Source: Saccostrea echinata
Lineage: Eukaryota
NCBI RefSeq assembly: GCF_033153115.1
Contig: NW_026889761.1
Span: 13,826,001 to 13,890,000, forward strand
Direction: 5' to 3'
Length of the DNA stretch: 64,000 bases
The notes under the pieces: generated by a model
The model's database searches: none
The model's input: the letters and a program-made list of their open reading frames with translations, nothing else
What the model was told of the DNA's origin: nothing
Program-made: the position numbers and the translations under genes
In this document: positions 52,405 through 63,286 of the stretch, one piece after another
Position numbering within the stretch: position 1 is the first letter of the stretch
Layout: each line of letters opens with the position of its first letter

Positions 52405-52805
52405 TGAAATGTAAGGAGATAACAAACAGTATTCAAGCTAAAAAGTCCCTTAAACAATACAAATTTTGGTGTAGAGCAAACACGGACCTCTAAAACATCA
52501 GAGGTGGGATCAGGTGCCATGGAGGAGTGAGCATCCCCTGCCGATCGGTCACACCCGCCGTGTGCTCCCTGTCATGATTGGGTAGTAACGGGAAAATCCG
52601 TCAACAATATAGTGTGTAAATTATGGAGTAACAATTAGTATGAAAAACGTCAGTCGGCATCTGACCCAATGACAAACTGTATTTGCCGACAAGGTCATAG
52701 TATCTGACCCAATGACAAACTGTATTTGCCGACAAGGTCATAGTATCGACCATAGAACGTACGAAATGACGACTTTAAACGAGACAGCTGATATTCTTGT
52801 TTCTT
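52405..52805 (-). mobile_element. Penelope-like 3' fragment with an internal 43-bp tandem duplication
   Basis: 3' motif at 52500-52568; ATCTGACCCAATGACAAACTGTATTTGCCGACAAGGTCATAGT occurs twice at ~52659-52744. Confidence 0.78.
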
Positions 52806-53265
52806 GCAACTATATAGTTAAATTTTGAACAAAAACTCCCAATTATACATGTAGAACCAAAACTGTAATGATACTGAATTTTATTGTTTTACAATATTCA
52901 TAATTTTGATGCAGTAGATCGGTGAAAACATTCAATACATTATATGTTATGAAAAATTTGGTTTCTCGTATATAGACATGCATTTGCAAGTCCAAATTGT
53001 TTTCGCATTGAAGCAAGAAGTGTAATATAAATTATTTTATTGTATATTTATAGACTAGAATTTCATTGCACATTTAATTTAGAGCCCTTAATGGCTAAGG
53101 CTATAAATCCATTAGCATATAATAAGCCTACTGTGTCAATCATAACAATACTTAAAATATATATAAAAAAAATATTTAAAAAATAAAATAAATGATAAAA
53201 ATTAAGCCCTAAAATCATTGGCAAGTACGAATATTTGTGCATGCACCATGTAATGTTGGCAGTGA

Positions 53266-56200
53266 CTATACATCGCTGATGTCAGATAGTTTTGAAGACC
53301 TTATTTCTTCATAAATATTGTTTAAGCTTTCCAGCGAGCGTCTCTCCAATGCGGAAAATTTGTCTGTTTCCGTCTGACTAGCAGACGATGAAATGGGAGT
53401 TTCGTATCCGTCTTCATCTTGGCGAGAATAACTATGATTGAGAATAATATCGGGGGTGTTATTCCTCATGATTGTCTGTTTTGGTGGATTCATCATGTAG
53501 CGAAGCTTCTCCCAGAAACACATGTCATGGTAATTTACCACTGTACTTGAATGAGATTTCACAAGTTCATTTAAATTTCTTTGTAGGTTCATCCCTTTCG
53601 GATCTTCCAAAAGAACGATTATGAGATTATTATTTCTTCGAAAAAGAGTTTGAAATGAGTTGTAAAATGCACTATTCTTCCATTCATGATCATTGAAGTT
53701 TTTAGACACCAGTAAAATCGTCCGTTTAGATCTGTCAATGTTGCACGCGATTGTTTCTTCCATAGTTCCACCCACTGGAAAATCTCTGTAATACACACAA
53801 AGCTTATATCCCAGTTCATTCTCCAAACGTGGAATGAATTCTCGTGTGACGTAATCATCATCCCTATGACTGTAAGCAAGGAAAGCATCATAAAGTTTGT
53901 CATTTTCTCCTACGTTTCCCTTTTCGCTTCGACATTTACAACTGCAACGAAAAAATGGACTTCTAGGTCGCCAGAGACAAATCGAAAGCACAATAACGCA
54001 GGTTGCCACTACTATAGAAGCAGCAATAGCTGCAAGAATGATCAAAATACTTTGGGAACTTTGAATTCTGTTCGGTTTTCTTATCACTGTTACTTTATCT
54101 GATGTAATGTTGGTACATATTTCAGATTTCACGTCTTTAATGCTAACATTCCGAATGAGATCTTCGGTTATGCAATACAAATTGTTATAATCAGAAACCA
54201 TCACTGATTTGTTAGTCAAAACTGGCAGAAATTCCACCATGAAATTACAGTCACAAGTCCACTGATTTTCTGCAAGAGTCATTTTGCTCAAGCCCCAAAA
54301 CAGTTTTAATGCTGATTCTGGAAGAGTTGTTAATAGATTGTGGTCCAGATAGAGTTCAGAAATTGATGTCAGTGAAGAAAAAGCACTTTTATCTATGTAT
54401 GAAATTTTGTTATATTCAAGGTGGAGTTCCGTCAAATTCCAAAGTCTGGCGAAAACCCCATCAGTAATACTTTGGATGTTGTTCTTGTTTAAGTACAGTA
54501 CCCTCAGTTGAGATAGTCCAATAAAGCTGAAGTTTGCCAGAGTTGTAACACCACTGTGATCCAGGTGTATTACTCTTAAATATATTAGACCAACGAAACT
54601 TCGAGAGTAAATCTCTGAAATATTATTTCCATCTACAGAAAGTTCTGTTGTCAAGGCCGGAATATTAGATGGTAATTCTGTAAGACCTCGATTTGAACAC
54701 TGAACAAAATGCATTGCCATGAAGTCTGAGCTGCTGTAACAGGAACATCCAGGGGGACAGACAAACATACAATCACAAGGCTCAAAATCGCAGCAGAAAC
54801 AGTTATCAGTACACTCTTTTTCATAGGTGCACAACATGTTGTCTGATTGTACGGTGTAAAGTGGAATCGGTGCATCAATCCGATAGCCACTGTGACATTG
54901 AAGAAGATACATGTCCCCTACGACCGGGAAACCGGTATCCATACTGACTTCGTTCACTTTTTTCCTTAACCAGATCATATTGCAGTCACACCTGAATGGG
55001 TTTTCTGAGATATAAACCATCATTGTTTTACTTCTTTTTATGGGAATGGCGAGATCGTTTATTGCAAGTGTCGATAATTTGTTGCCTTTTAAAGAGAGCT
55101 TCTGAAGCTCTTGATAACTGTAGAAGGCATACTCTGTGATATCTTTCAAATTGTTGTAAGATAAATCAAGATTTTCAATATTTTTGGGAAACATTCCACT
55201 CATTAACTTAGTTGACAACATATTGGAGCTTAAATCTAAGGATGTAAGTTTTGACAAATCCTGGAAAACCATGGAAATGTTTTCTAATGAGTTATTTTGA
55301 AGAGAAAGTGTCATCAAGTTTTTGAGTCCCTCAAACGTGGCCTTATGAACTACCCATATTTTATTGAAAGACAAATCGAGGGATTTAAGACTAGGTACAT
55401 TAAGGGACTTTTCCATTACAGTTCCACCTATTCTATTTCTTGAGAGATCTAATTTTTCCAGATTTTTTAGCCCTTTAAAACAATCGGAAGGCAGTAATTT
55501 TATCTTATTTGATTTAAGGTCTAGTGATTTTAGCATTTTCAGTCCTTTGAAATCAGGCACCAATCCGAGGTCATTATATGAAAGATCAAGTTCTGTAAGA
55601 GCTTCTAGATCAGTAAATGCTGCTTTTTCAATAGAACTTATTTGATTTCCATGCAGATCTAGAGAAAGAAGGTTTTGAAGTCCAAAAAAGGTTCCATTTC
55701 TTATCACTGATAAATTGTTCTGATCTACATGCAAAAACTGCAATTGAAGCAAGTGCTGAAAAACTTGAGTTGACAGATCTGAAATGCTATTGTTTCCGAG
55801 GTCCAGGTTTTGCAAAGAACTAAGGTTCCGTAACACAGTCCTGTTCAGGGAAGTTATATAGTTCCCCTGTAATTGAAGGTCCTTCAACTTATGAAGCGTA
55901 GATAATGAATCCCAAATTGTATCACTGAGGCCTGAATAGTCAAGAGTTAAAACAAGTAATTTTACAGGGGTGGAAAATAAATCCTTCTGGACAGATCCCA
56001 AAGGATTTCGACCAAGTCCTAATATCTTCAAGTCATTATTAGAATCAAACAGCGACACCGGTACCTCAGAAATGAAATTGTTCGTAATGTCCAAGTATGC
56101 CAACTTTTTTACATCTGCCAATGCTCCTGCCTCTAAATTCACGAGGTTTCCGTCAGCAATGCGCAAGTCCTTCAAATCTGGCATGGTTTTCAAACTACCA

Positions 56201-57140
56201 GATGAGATGTTAAAGATGGAGTTTTTGTCCAAAATTAGAGTGGACAGTTTTGATAAAACAGTTTTATTTTCACATATAACACCGGTAGACTCCATTGATT
56301 GAAGATCGTTATCTGTCACATTTACGTATTTCAATTTTGAAGAGAGGCATAGATCTGGCATTTTGGTCACATGACTTGAGGTAACCGTTATGTGAGTTAG
56401 TTTCGGTACTTGATGAAATACAGAACTAGCCATCTCCAGCGTCCCAGTTGATTTGATTTCAACTTGTTCGAGAGACTGCATTCCGGACAAAAAATTTTCT
56501 GGCATATAAGATATTCTGCAATTTTCTATGCTTAGTCCCATGAAAGATGTGAGGGCACTGAACATATTATCACGCACATGCGAAACAACGTCCTCAGAAG
56601 TACACATGATATACAGTATACTGGTGATCTGGGTAAGAATGACGGAAAAGTTAGCGGTGGGGTGGATGTAGTCCAGTCGACAGACAACACTTACGACCTC
56701 CTCGTCTACTTTGCCTTGGTAGCAGTTGCACTGTCTTGGGCATGGATATGCCGTCAAAACATCGGCACTTTGCGTGAACCCAGCAATGATTAGAATGCCC
56801 CATACCAGGACAAAGTGGTCCCTGTGAAATAAAAATCAAATAATCTTTATGTAATTTTTTTTTATTTTTGGCCAATTCAATGCAAAGAAAATCCATGATA
56901 GAATTGTTAGTTGTATATACATGAACATGAAGACATCTTTTGTATTTGCCAATCCAACTTCAACATCGCAGAACGTCAACATGTATTATACTGTGCATAA
57001 ATCCTTCACCATGCAGTTTTCACCCTCTGACACAGTTACTCACAGCAACTTCTTATAGGTTAAATGGTTAATTCCCTCAAGGTGTCAAATAATTTAACTT
57101 ACCTGTATCTATTCTTATTTTCGGAAGTAGTATGTTTCAT
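53266..57140 (-). CDS. Toll-like receptor, multiple-cysteine-cluster (protostome Toll/Tollo) type, ~1197 aa
   Basis: Exon 1 at 57140-57103 (MKHTTSENKNRY, phase-2 donor GTAAGT) splices in frame to 56821-53266. Encodes a hydrophobic signal (FVLVWGILIIAG), LRRNT CPRQCNC, many LxxLxLxxN repeats, internal LRRCT (NPFRCDC) plus LRRNT (CCDFEPCDC..CPPGCSC), a second LRR block, NQWTCDC, a TM segment, and a TIR domain (YDAFLAYS, LCVYYRDF, FW). Confidence 0.95.
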
Positions 57141-57575
57141 TCTTTTCTTTATATTATAGAAAAAAGTTTGTTTTTGTTTTTTTGGTTTGTATTTTTTTAA
57201 AAAGTTCTATGCCAACGTAAAATCGTTTAAATGTCTAAAGACCCCGCCCTCTGTTCAATCAATTATTGACTCAATCGCAAGATATTTTAAATATTTTACG
57301 CATTCTATTCATATTTGTTGAGCACTTACGCCCCACTCAAATATGCTTTGGAGAAAAGTATCAGAACGAGCTCAAATCTCGAGGGGTACATATAGAGCAA
57401 AATTTAGTACATATAGATTCCCTGTCGAAGTTAACGAAATGACTGAAAATATTACACATACATTGTACAAACATACTACTGCTTCATGTTCATGTTTGAA
57501 TGTCGGATGTATTTATAAATTTAAACATGACTATGATGACCGTGAATCATATTTGTAACATCTAATTATATTATT

Positions 57576-57738
57576 NNNNNNNNNNNNNNNNNNNNNNNNN
57601 NNNNNNNNNNNNNNNNNNNNNNNNNNNNNNNNNNNNNNNNNNNNNNNNNNNNNNNNNNNNNNNNNNNNNNNNNNNNNNNNNNNNNNNNNNNNNNNNNNNN
57701 NNNNNNNNNNNNNNNNNNNNNNNNNNNNNNNNNNNNNN
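57576..57738. other. Assembly gap (163 N)
   Basis: Run of N characters. Confidence 1.
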
Positions 57739-58582
57739 GTTTTACTACATTTTGATAATATCTCTAAATTTATATGACTGTTATTGAATATTCTAACGTT
57801 TATTAAATATTCTAACGTTTATTGAATATTCTAACGTTTATTCTTCATATTTCAGGCATAGGGAAAAGTCTTTTTTTTTCTCTACACACACTAGACGCTT
57901 GTTTAAAATCTTGTGACAAACTTCATTATTGAAAAAAAAGCTAAAATTAAGTTGAAAATTTTGAAAATATCAATTAGAGGCAAAATACTTATACAGAACG
58001 CCATGAATATACTTGGTAATATTCTCAGCTGTTATTACAATTTTATTAAATAAAACTTTCACAAACTTGACTTATCATACCAGTAGATTGTGTAGGCTTA
58101 CATGTAAGAAACTTGCACAATATCATGCAATTTTTTTTAATATTTCCTTTTTAAAACAAAGCTTGCATTCCTCATTTTAAATTATCTATGTTCAAGACAT
58201 GTTTTCTCTTCCGTAAACATACCTTTTTATTAAGATTTTCTTTGCCTGTCCTGAACACGTGTATCCTGCATAGATCTTACAGGGGAATGAATAATCATTT
58301 AAATCTCAAAAGAGTTTAAACCTAATCATCAAATCGTGGGTGTCAAAAATTATGAATGGAAATAGAATTCGCTTATTTCAATATATTGTCATTCTAAAAA
58401 AAAAATGTCAATAAATATTTTTGATGTAATCTCTACTTCCAAATATTTCTAGAAATACTGTAGGAGGACAATATGTTTTCTTCGCAGTACATAGAAAAAT
58501 GTTTTTATTCCATAGGATGACAATACCTCTTCGATATAATTCAACATATAATATTTATTTTTATGATAATTAAGGAATGGCT

Positions 58583-58732
58583 TGTAATATCCGGAAATTT
58601 ATTATCTTTACTTTTTGGTTTTGTGTTTTAGATGTCTGTCACTTCCTATATAGTTTTAGATAAAGATGTGTATTGAACACATGTGTTATTATTCTATTTG
58701 GATCGTTCACCAGTAATTACAATAACATTACA
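58583..58732 (+). repeat. 5' LTR
   Basis: Identical by eye to 63137-63286; TG...CA termini. Confidence 0.96.
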
Positions 58733-58733
58733 T

Positions 58734-58745
58734 TGGCGACGAGGA
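58734..58745 (+). other. Primer-binding site complementary to the tRNA-Ser(GCU) 3' end
   Basis: TGGCGACGAGGA directly follows the 5' LTR; metazoan tRNA-Ser(GCU) ends ...UCCUCGUCGCCA. Confidence 0.8.
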
Positions 58746-58862
58746 CGGAGACTTCAAAAAACGCGCACCTGAGGATCGCCCAATACGCCATTCCAGGTCG
58801 GCAAGTGACTTAACAATAAACATTAACTTTCGATTTGCAATTTCGCTCCACGTGTGATCCAC

Positions 58863-61800
58863 ATGAGAAAAATGGCGGCACTTCCCCAGTTTCCCCCATT
58901 TGTACTTCATGCAGAAGGAAGCACGGCGACGCGATGGAGAAAGTGGAAAGAACGTTTTGAAAATTTAATTGTTGCTATGAACGTTACAGATAAGAAGCGT
59001 CAAAAGGCTTTATTGTTGCATTATGCAGGTGAGGAGGTGCATGATGTTTTCACAACACTGACCCTCGCGGAAGGTGAGGAAGATGTTTATAAACAAGCTG
59101 TAGATGCTTTGAACACGTACTTCGTCCCAAAAAGAAACAAGGAATATGACATTTACAAATTCCGGCAAGCAAAACAAGAAACAGGTGAATCCATTGACAC
59201 ATTTCACACCCGCCTAAGGAAGCTGGCTGAAACGTGTGAGTTTACTAACGTCGAAAATGAAATCAAGAGTCAAATTATTCAATCATGCAGTTCCTCAAGG
59301 CTTCGTCGAAGAGCACTCCGTGAATCCGAAATTGATTTGAAACAACTGCTATTGCTTGCAAGATCATTTGAAATTAGTGATGCACAAGCTACAGGGATCG
59401 AAAATGAAGGTGCGGCACTGGTTAATGCAGTGACAAGGCCCCCAGATAACTCACGTAGAAAGCAAACACACAAAGGAGGGACCAGAAATGGGAGAGGCAG
59501 AAGTATACAAAGAGGAACATGTAGAAACAGAGGAAACTCAGAACGACGAAAACATGAGAAAACATGCCATCATTGTGGAGGACCATATCCTCATACTGGA
59601 CAGTGCCCTGCTAGAGGCCAAAAGTGTAGATCATGTGGTAAACTGAATCACTTCGCCAGGGTGTGCAAATCCAAGATGGTGAAACAACTCCAAACAACAA
59701 CAACTGAAGTGTCGAGCTCTGAGGACGAATATTCCTTTCATATCAACAAACCTAAGGGAAACAGTAAGCAACCAAAAACCAAAATAAGAATGTTCGGCAC
59801 AGACGTGGAAATGCTAGTTGATACTGGAACAACAGTGAACATAATTGATGAAACTTGTTTTGCCAAACTCAAGGAACGTCCAAATATTGATCATACTGGT
59901 ACAAGGGTCTACGCATATGGATCCAAAAAGCCAATAGACTTAGTTGGTAGTTTCAGAACTGAAATTTCATCTATCACTCACCGTACAAAGACAACTACAG
60001 AACTATATGTTGTGAAAGGAAGTTATGGATCACTTCTCAGCTACCAGACTGCAGTGGACTTGGACGTCATACCAGTTATTCGTTTAGTCACGCCGTCCAG
60101 AACTGAACAGATCATTGATGAATTCTCGGACAGATTTGAAGGCATTGGGAAAATAAAAGACCTACAGTTACAGATACATGTTGATGATACGAAAGCGCCA
60201 GTCGCACAGCCGCATAGGAGAATACCCTTTCACATGAGGAAAAAGGTGGAAGCTGAGCTAGAGAGACTTGAAAAACTTGATATTATAGAGAAAATTGAGG
60301 GACCCACTCCCTGGGTTTCCCCTATAGTGGTAGCCCCTAAACCAAAGAAGCCAGAGGAAATTAGGATCTGTGTTGACATGAGGCAGGTGAACACTGCAAT
60401 CAAGAGAGAACGGCATATTACACCCACCATAGATGACATCATACTTGACCTAAATGGATCTCGTGTATTCTCAAAGTTGGACCTCAACTCAGGATATCAT
60501 CAGGTGGAACTAGCACCCGAATCACGAAACATAACAACATTCACTACGCATGTTGGTCTACGGAGGTACAAACGCTTGATATTTGGAATCAGCTGTGCTG
60601 CAGAAAAATTTCAAACTATTATCAGAGACTGTTTGGAGGGACTAGAAGGCACTCGAAATATCAGTGACGATATAATTGTGTTCGCAAAAACACAAGAGGA
60701 GCATGATCAAAGGCTCAAGAAGGTACTACAGAGGTTACGTGAGAAGAACATAACCTTGAACAAGTCAAAGTGTGAATTTAACAAGAACTCTGTAGAATTC
60801 TTTGGATACCACTTCAGTGCAGAAGGGATGTCAGCAGACCCAAAGAAGATAGATGCCATTAAATCAGCTACAGCTCCACAAAATGCAGGTGAACTTCGTA
60901 GTCTTCTGGGATTAGCCAACTATGTCTCTCGCTTCATACCAAACTTTGCAACAATTGTGGCTCCACTACGTGTTCTCACTCACCAGAAAACTACTTGGCA
61001 TTGGGGAAAAGAAGAACAATCAGCATTTGATGAACTGAAGGATAAACTAACTACTGATGTTATGGCCTACTTTGATTCTGCAAAGAAAACAAAGCTTCTG
61101 GTTGATGCAAGTCCAGTGGGACTCGGAGCAGTACTCACTCAAGAGGGAAGGATCATATCCTATGCAAGCAAAGCTCTCTCTGACGTGGAAACAAGATACT
61201 CCCAGACGGAAAAGGAGGCGTTAGCCATAGTGTGGGGAATTGAACACTTTCATCTCTACTTATTTGGTGCTGAATTCATACTTACTACAGATCACAAGCC
61301 CCTGGAGATAATCTTCAATAATCCAAGAAGCAAACCCCCAGCCAGGATCGAAAGGTGGAGGTTACGATTACAGCCATATGACTTTACTGTTGAATATCGT
61401 CCCGGGAAAGGAAATCCAGCTGATTATATCTCCAGGCACCCTCTGAAATCAGAGAACATACTCCGACACTCCAAGATAGCAGAGGAATACTTGAATTTTG
61501 TTCTGTCTTCAGCAAAGCCAAAAGCACTATCACTTACCCAGATTACTGATGCATCCAACAAAGACCCTATCATTCAAGAAGTAATATCAAGAATGCTGAA
61601 AGGAGAGTGGAAGTCAACCCCAAAAGATGCTAGAGTCCAACCGTATCTTCGCATTCGTGACAAATTGACTATTGCACCAACAGAACATGGCAGCATACTA
61701 CTATTTGAAAATAGAGTTGTCATACCAATCACCCTTCAACAGGATGTAGTAGCACTAGCACATGAAGGACACCAAGGACTGGTCAAAACCAAGCAGCTTC

Positions 61801-62891
61801 TACGTGACAAAGTCTGGTTTCCTGGAATTAACCAACAAGTTGAAAATGCCTGTAAACAGTGCGTACCCTGTTTAGCTTCTACTCCCACAAACCATCAGGA
61901 ACCGCTTCAAATGACAGAAATACCGAAATCACCATGGTCTCGGGTATCAGCTGATTTTTGTGGTCCGTTTCCGACAGGAGAATATGTACTAGTCATGATT
62001 GATGACCACTCCAGATATCCAGTGGTTGAGATACTAAGATCTACTTCAGCGAAGTCTGTAATACCAGTAATGGACAAGGTCTTCTCGCTATTTGGAATAC
62101 CGGAAGAGCTAAAGACAGACAATGGCCCACCATTTCAAAGTCAGGAGTTCAGCAAGTTCTCAGAATATCTTGGCTTCAAGCACAGGAGGATCACGCCATT
62201 ATGGCCAAAGGCGAACGGTGAGGCTGAAAGATTCATGCGCACTCTTGGTAAAGCTATTAAAACAGCCAACGTAGAATGCAAAAACTGGAAACAGGAGATG
62301 TTTACATTTCTTAGAAATTATCGGGCAACACCCCATAGTACTACAGGTCAGTCTCCAGCAGAAGGACTACTAGGCCGTAAAATGAAGACAAAACTACCTG
62401 AAATGGTGGAAAGGAAGGACAAGCGAACCGATGTATACAAGAATGATAGACAAGCCAAGGAGAAAATGAAATACTATGCAGATACAAAGAGCAAAGCAAG
62501 AGAATCCTTGTTGAAAGAAGGTGACACAGTTCTAATAAAGGTTCCAAAGGAAAACAAGCTTTCGACTCCATTCAACACTACACCTTATGTAGTAGCACAG
62601 AAACATGGAACTCAGATCACGGCAGAAGGAGAAGGTCGCAGGGTAACACGAAACTCGTCCCACTTCAAGAAAGTTGATATCGATCAGGATGTTCTGAAAG
62701 ATCCAAAAGAGCGTGAGGAGGAGCTTGAGGAAATTGAAATTCCTAACGTACCGAATGTCCGTCAGGAGAAGCCAGAAATCCAAACCCCGACAGTTCAAGA
62801 AAGTCCATTATCTTCCGTCCCGACCGGTAACAAAAGGCCTTCGCGTGCAGTGAAAATGCCCGGATACTTGAAGAATTATGTGCTTTCTTAA
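58863..62891 (+). CDS. gag-pol: Gag-Pol polyprotein (Gag with two Zn knuckles, protease, RT, RNase H, integrase)
   Basis: CHHC..H..C and CRSCGKLNHFARVC knuckles; LVDTGT protease; RT PWVSPIVV, RICVD, KLDL, ISDD; RNase H VDAS...TDHKPL; integrase HEGH...CKQCVPC, DFCGP, TDNGPPF, ANGEAER. The start is the ATG at 58863 or 58872. Confidence 0.95.
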   Translation: MRKMAALPQFPPFVLHAEGSTATRWRKWKERFENLIVAMNVTDKKRQKALLLHYAGEEVHDVFTTLTLAEGEEDVYKQAVDALNTYFVPKRNKEYDIYKFRQAKQETGESIDTFHTRLRKLAETCEFTNVENEIKSQIIQSCSSSRLRRRALRESEIDLKQLLLLARSFEISDAQATGIENEGAALVNAVTRPPDNSRRKQTHKGGTRNGRGRSIQRGTCRNRGNSERRKHEKTCHHCGGPYPHTGQCPARGQKCRSCGKLNHFARVCKSKMVKQLQTTTTEVSSSEDEYSFHINKPKGNSKQPKTKIRMFGTDVEMLVDTGTTVNIIDETCFAKLKERPNIDHTGTRVYAYGSKKPIDLVGSFRTEISSITHRTKTTTELYVVKGSYGSLLSYQTAVDLDVIPVIRLVTPSRTEQIIDEFSDRFEGIGKIKDLQLQIHVDDTKAPVAQPHRRIPFHMRKKVEAELERLEKLDIIEKIEGPTPWVSPIVVAPKPKKPEEIRICVDMRQVNTAIKRERHITPTIDDIILDLNGSRVFSKLDLNSGYHQVELAPESRNITTFTTHVGLRRYKRLIFGISCAAEKFQTIIRDCLEGLEGTRNISDDIIVFAKTQEEHDQRLKKVLQRLREKNITLNKSKCEFNKNSVEFFGYHFSAEGMSADPKKIDAIKSATAPQNAGELRSLLGLANYVSRFIPNFATIVAPLRVLTHQKTTWHWGKEEQSAFDELKDKLTTDVMAYFDSAKKTKLLVDASPVGLGAVLTQEGRIISYASKALSDVETRYSQTEKEALAIVWGIEHFHLYLFGAEFILTTDHKPLEIIFNNPRSKPPARIERWRLRLQPYDFTVEYRPGKGNPADYISRHPLKSENILRHSKIAEEYLNFVLSSAKPKALSLTQITDASNKDPIIQEVISRMLKGEWKSTPKDARVQPYLRIRDKLTIAPTEHGSILLFENRVVIPITLQQDVVALAHEGHQGLVKTKQLLRDKVWFPGINQQVENACKQCVPCLASTPTNHQEPLQMTEIPKSPWSRVSADFCGPFPTGEYVLVMIDDHSRYPVVEILRSTSAKSVIPVMDKVFSLFGIPEELKTDNGPPFQSQEFSKFSEYLGFKHRRITPLWPKANGEAERFMRTLGKAIKTANVECKNWKQEMFTFLRNYRATPHSTTGQSPAEGLLGRKMKTKLPEMVERKDKRTDVYKNDRQAKEKMKYYADTKSKARESLLKEGDTVLIKVPKENKLSTPFNTTPYVVAQKHGTQITAEGEGRRVTRNSSHFKKVDIDQDVLKDPKEREEELEEIEIPNVPNVRQEKPEIQTPTVQESPLSSVPTGNKRPSRAVKMPGYLKNYVLS

Positions 62892-63136
62892 AATATTCTT
62901 TGGATGTGTTGTGTGTGAAATAATCCAATATCTGTGACTTTATTTGGTTTAGCAAAATATGCTTTATTCTAGTCATGATTATTCTAGTCATTCAATGTGT
63001 ATTGTGAATCTCAAGTTCATGAGTCAAATAAGCTACTTCTACGTCAATTATTGTGAAATGTAAAAACAGTTAAATTAGCCAAATCTATGTACTTAAATGT
63101 TTTAATCTTCTATTCAAAAAAAAAAAGAAAATGTGA

Positions 63137-63286
63137 TGTAATATCCGGAAATTTATTATCTTTACTTTTTGGTTTTGTGTTTTAGATGTCTGTCACTTCC
63201 TATATAGTTTTAGATAAAGATGTGTATTGAACACATGTGTTATTATTCTATTTGGATCGTTCACCAGTAATTACAATAACATTACA
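63137..63286 (+). repeat. 3' LTR
   Basis: Identical to the 5' LTR; preceded by the PPT and followed by the TSD TGGCT. Confidence 0.96.

Larger units (their letters stand above)
58583..63286 (+). mobile_element. Complete Ty3/Gypsy LTR retrotransposon (Mag-like), apparently intact
   Basis: Identical 150-bp LTRs (TGTAAT...ATTACA), 5-bp TSD TGGCT at 58578-58582 and 63287-63291, PBS at 58734, purine tract at ~63116-63130, and a single uninterrupted gag-pol ORF. Confidence 0.97.

Noticed and set aside
57778-57842. 19-bp triple tandem repeat next to the gap
   Set aside because: An ordinary minisatellite at a contig edge with no further structure.
53619-62991. Antisense and alternative-frame ORFs overlapping the TLR and gag-pol
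   Set aside because: They are shadows of long coding sequences with no independent signal; no env-like ORF is present.
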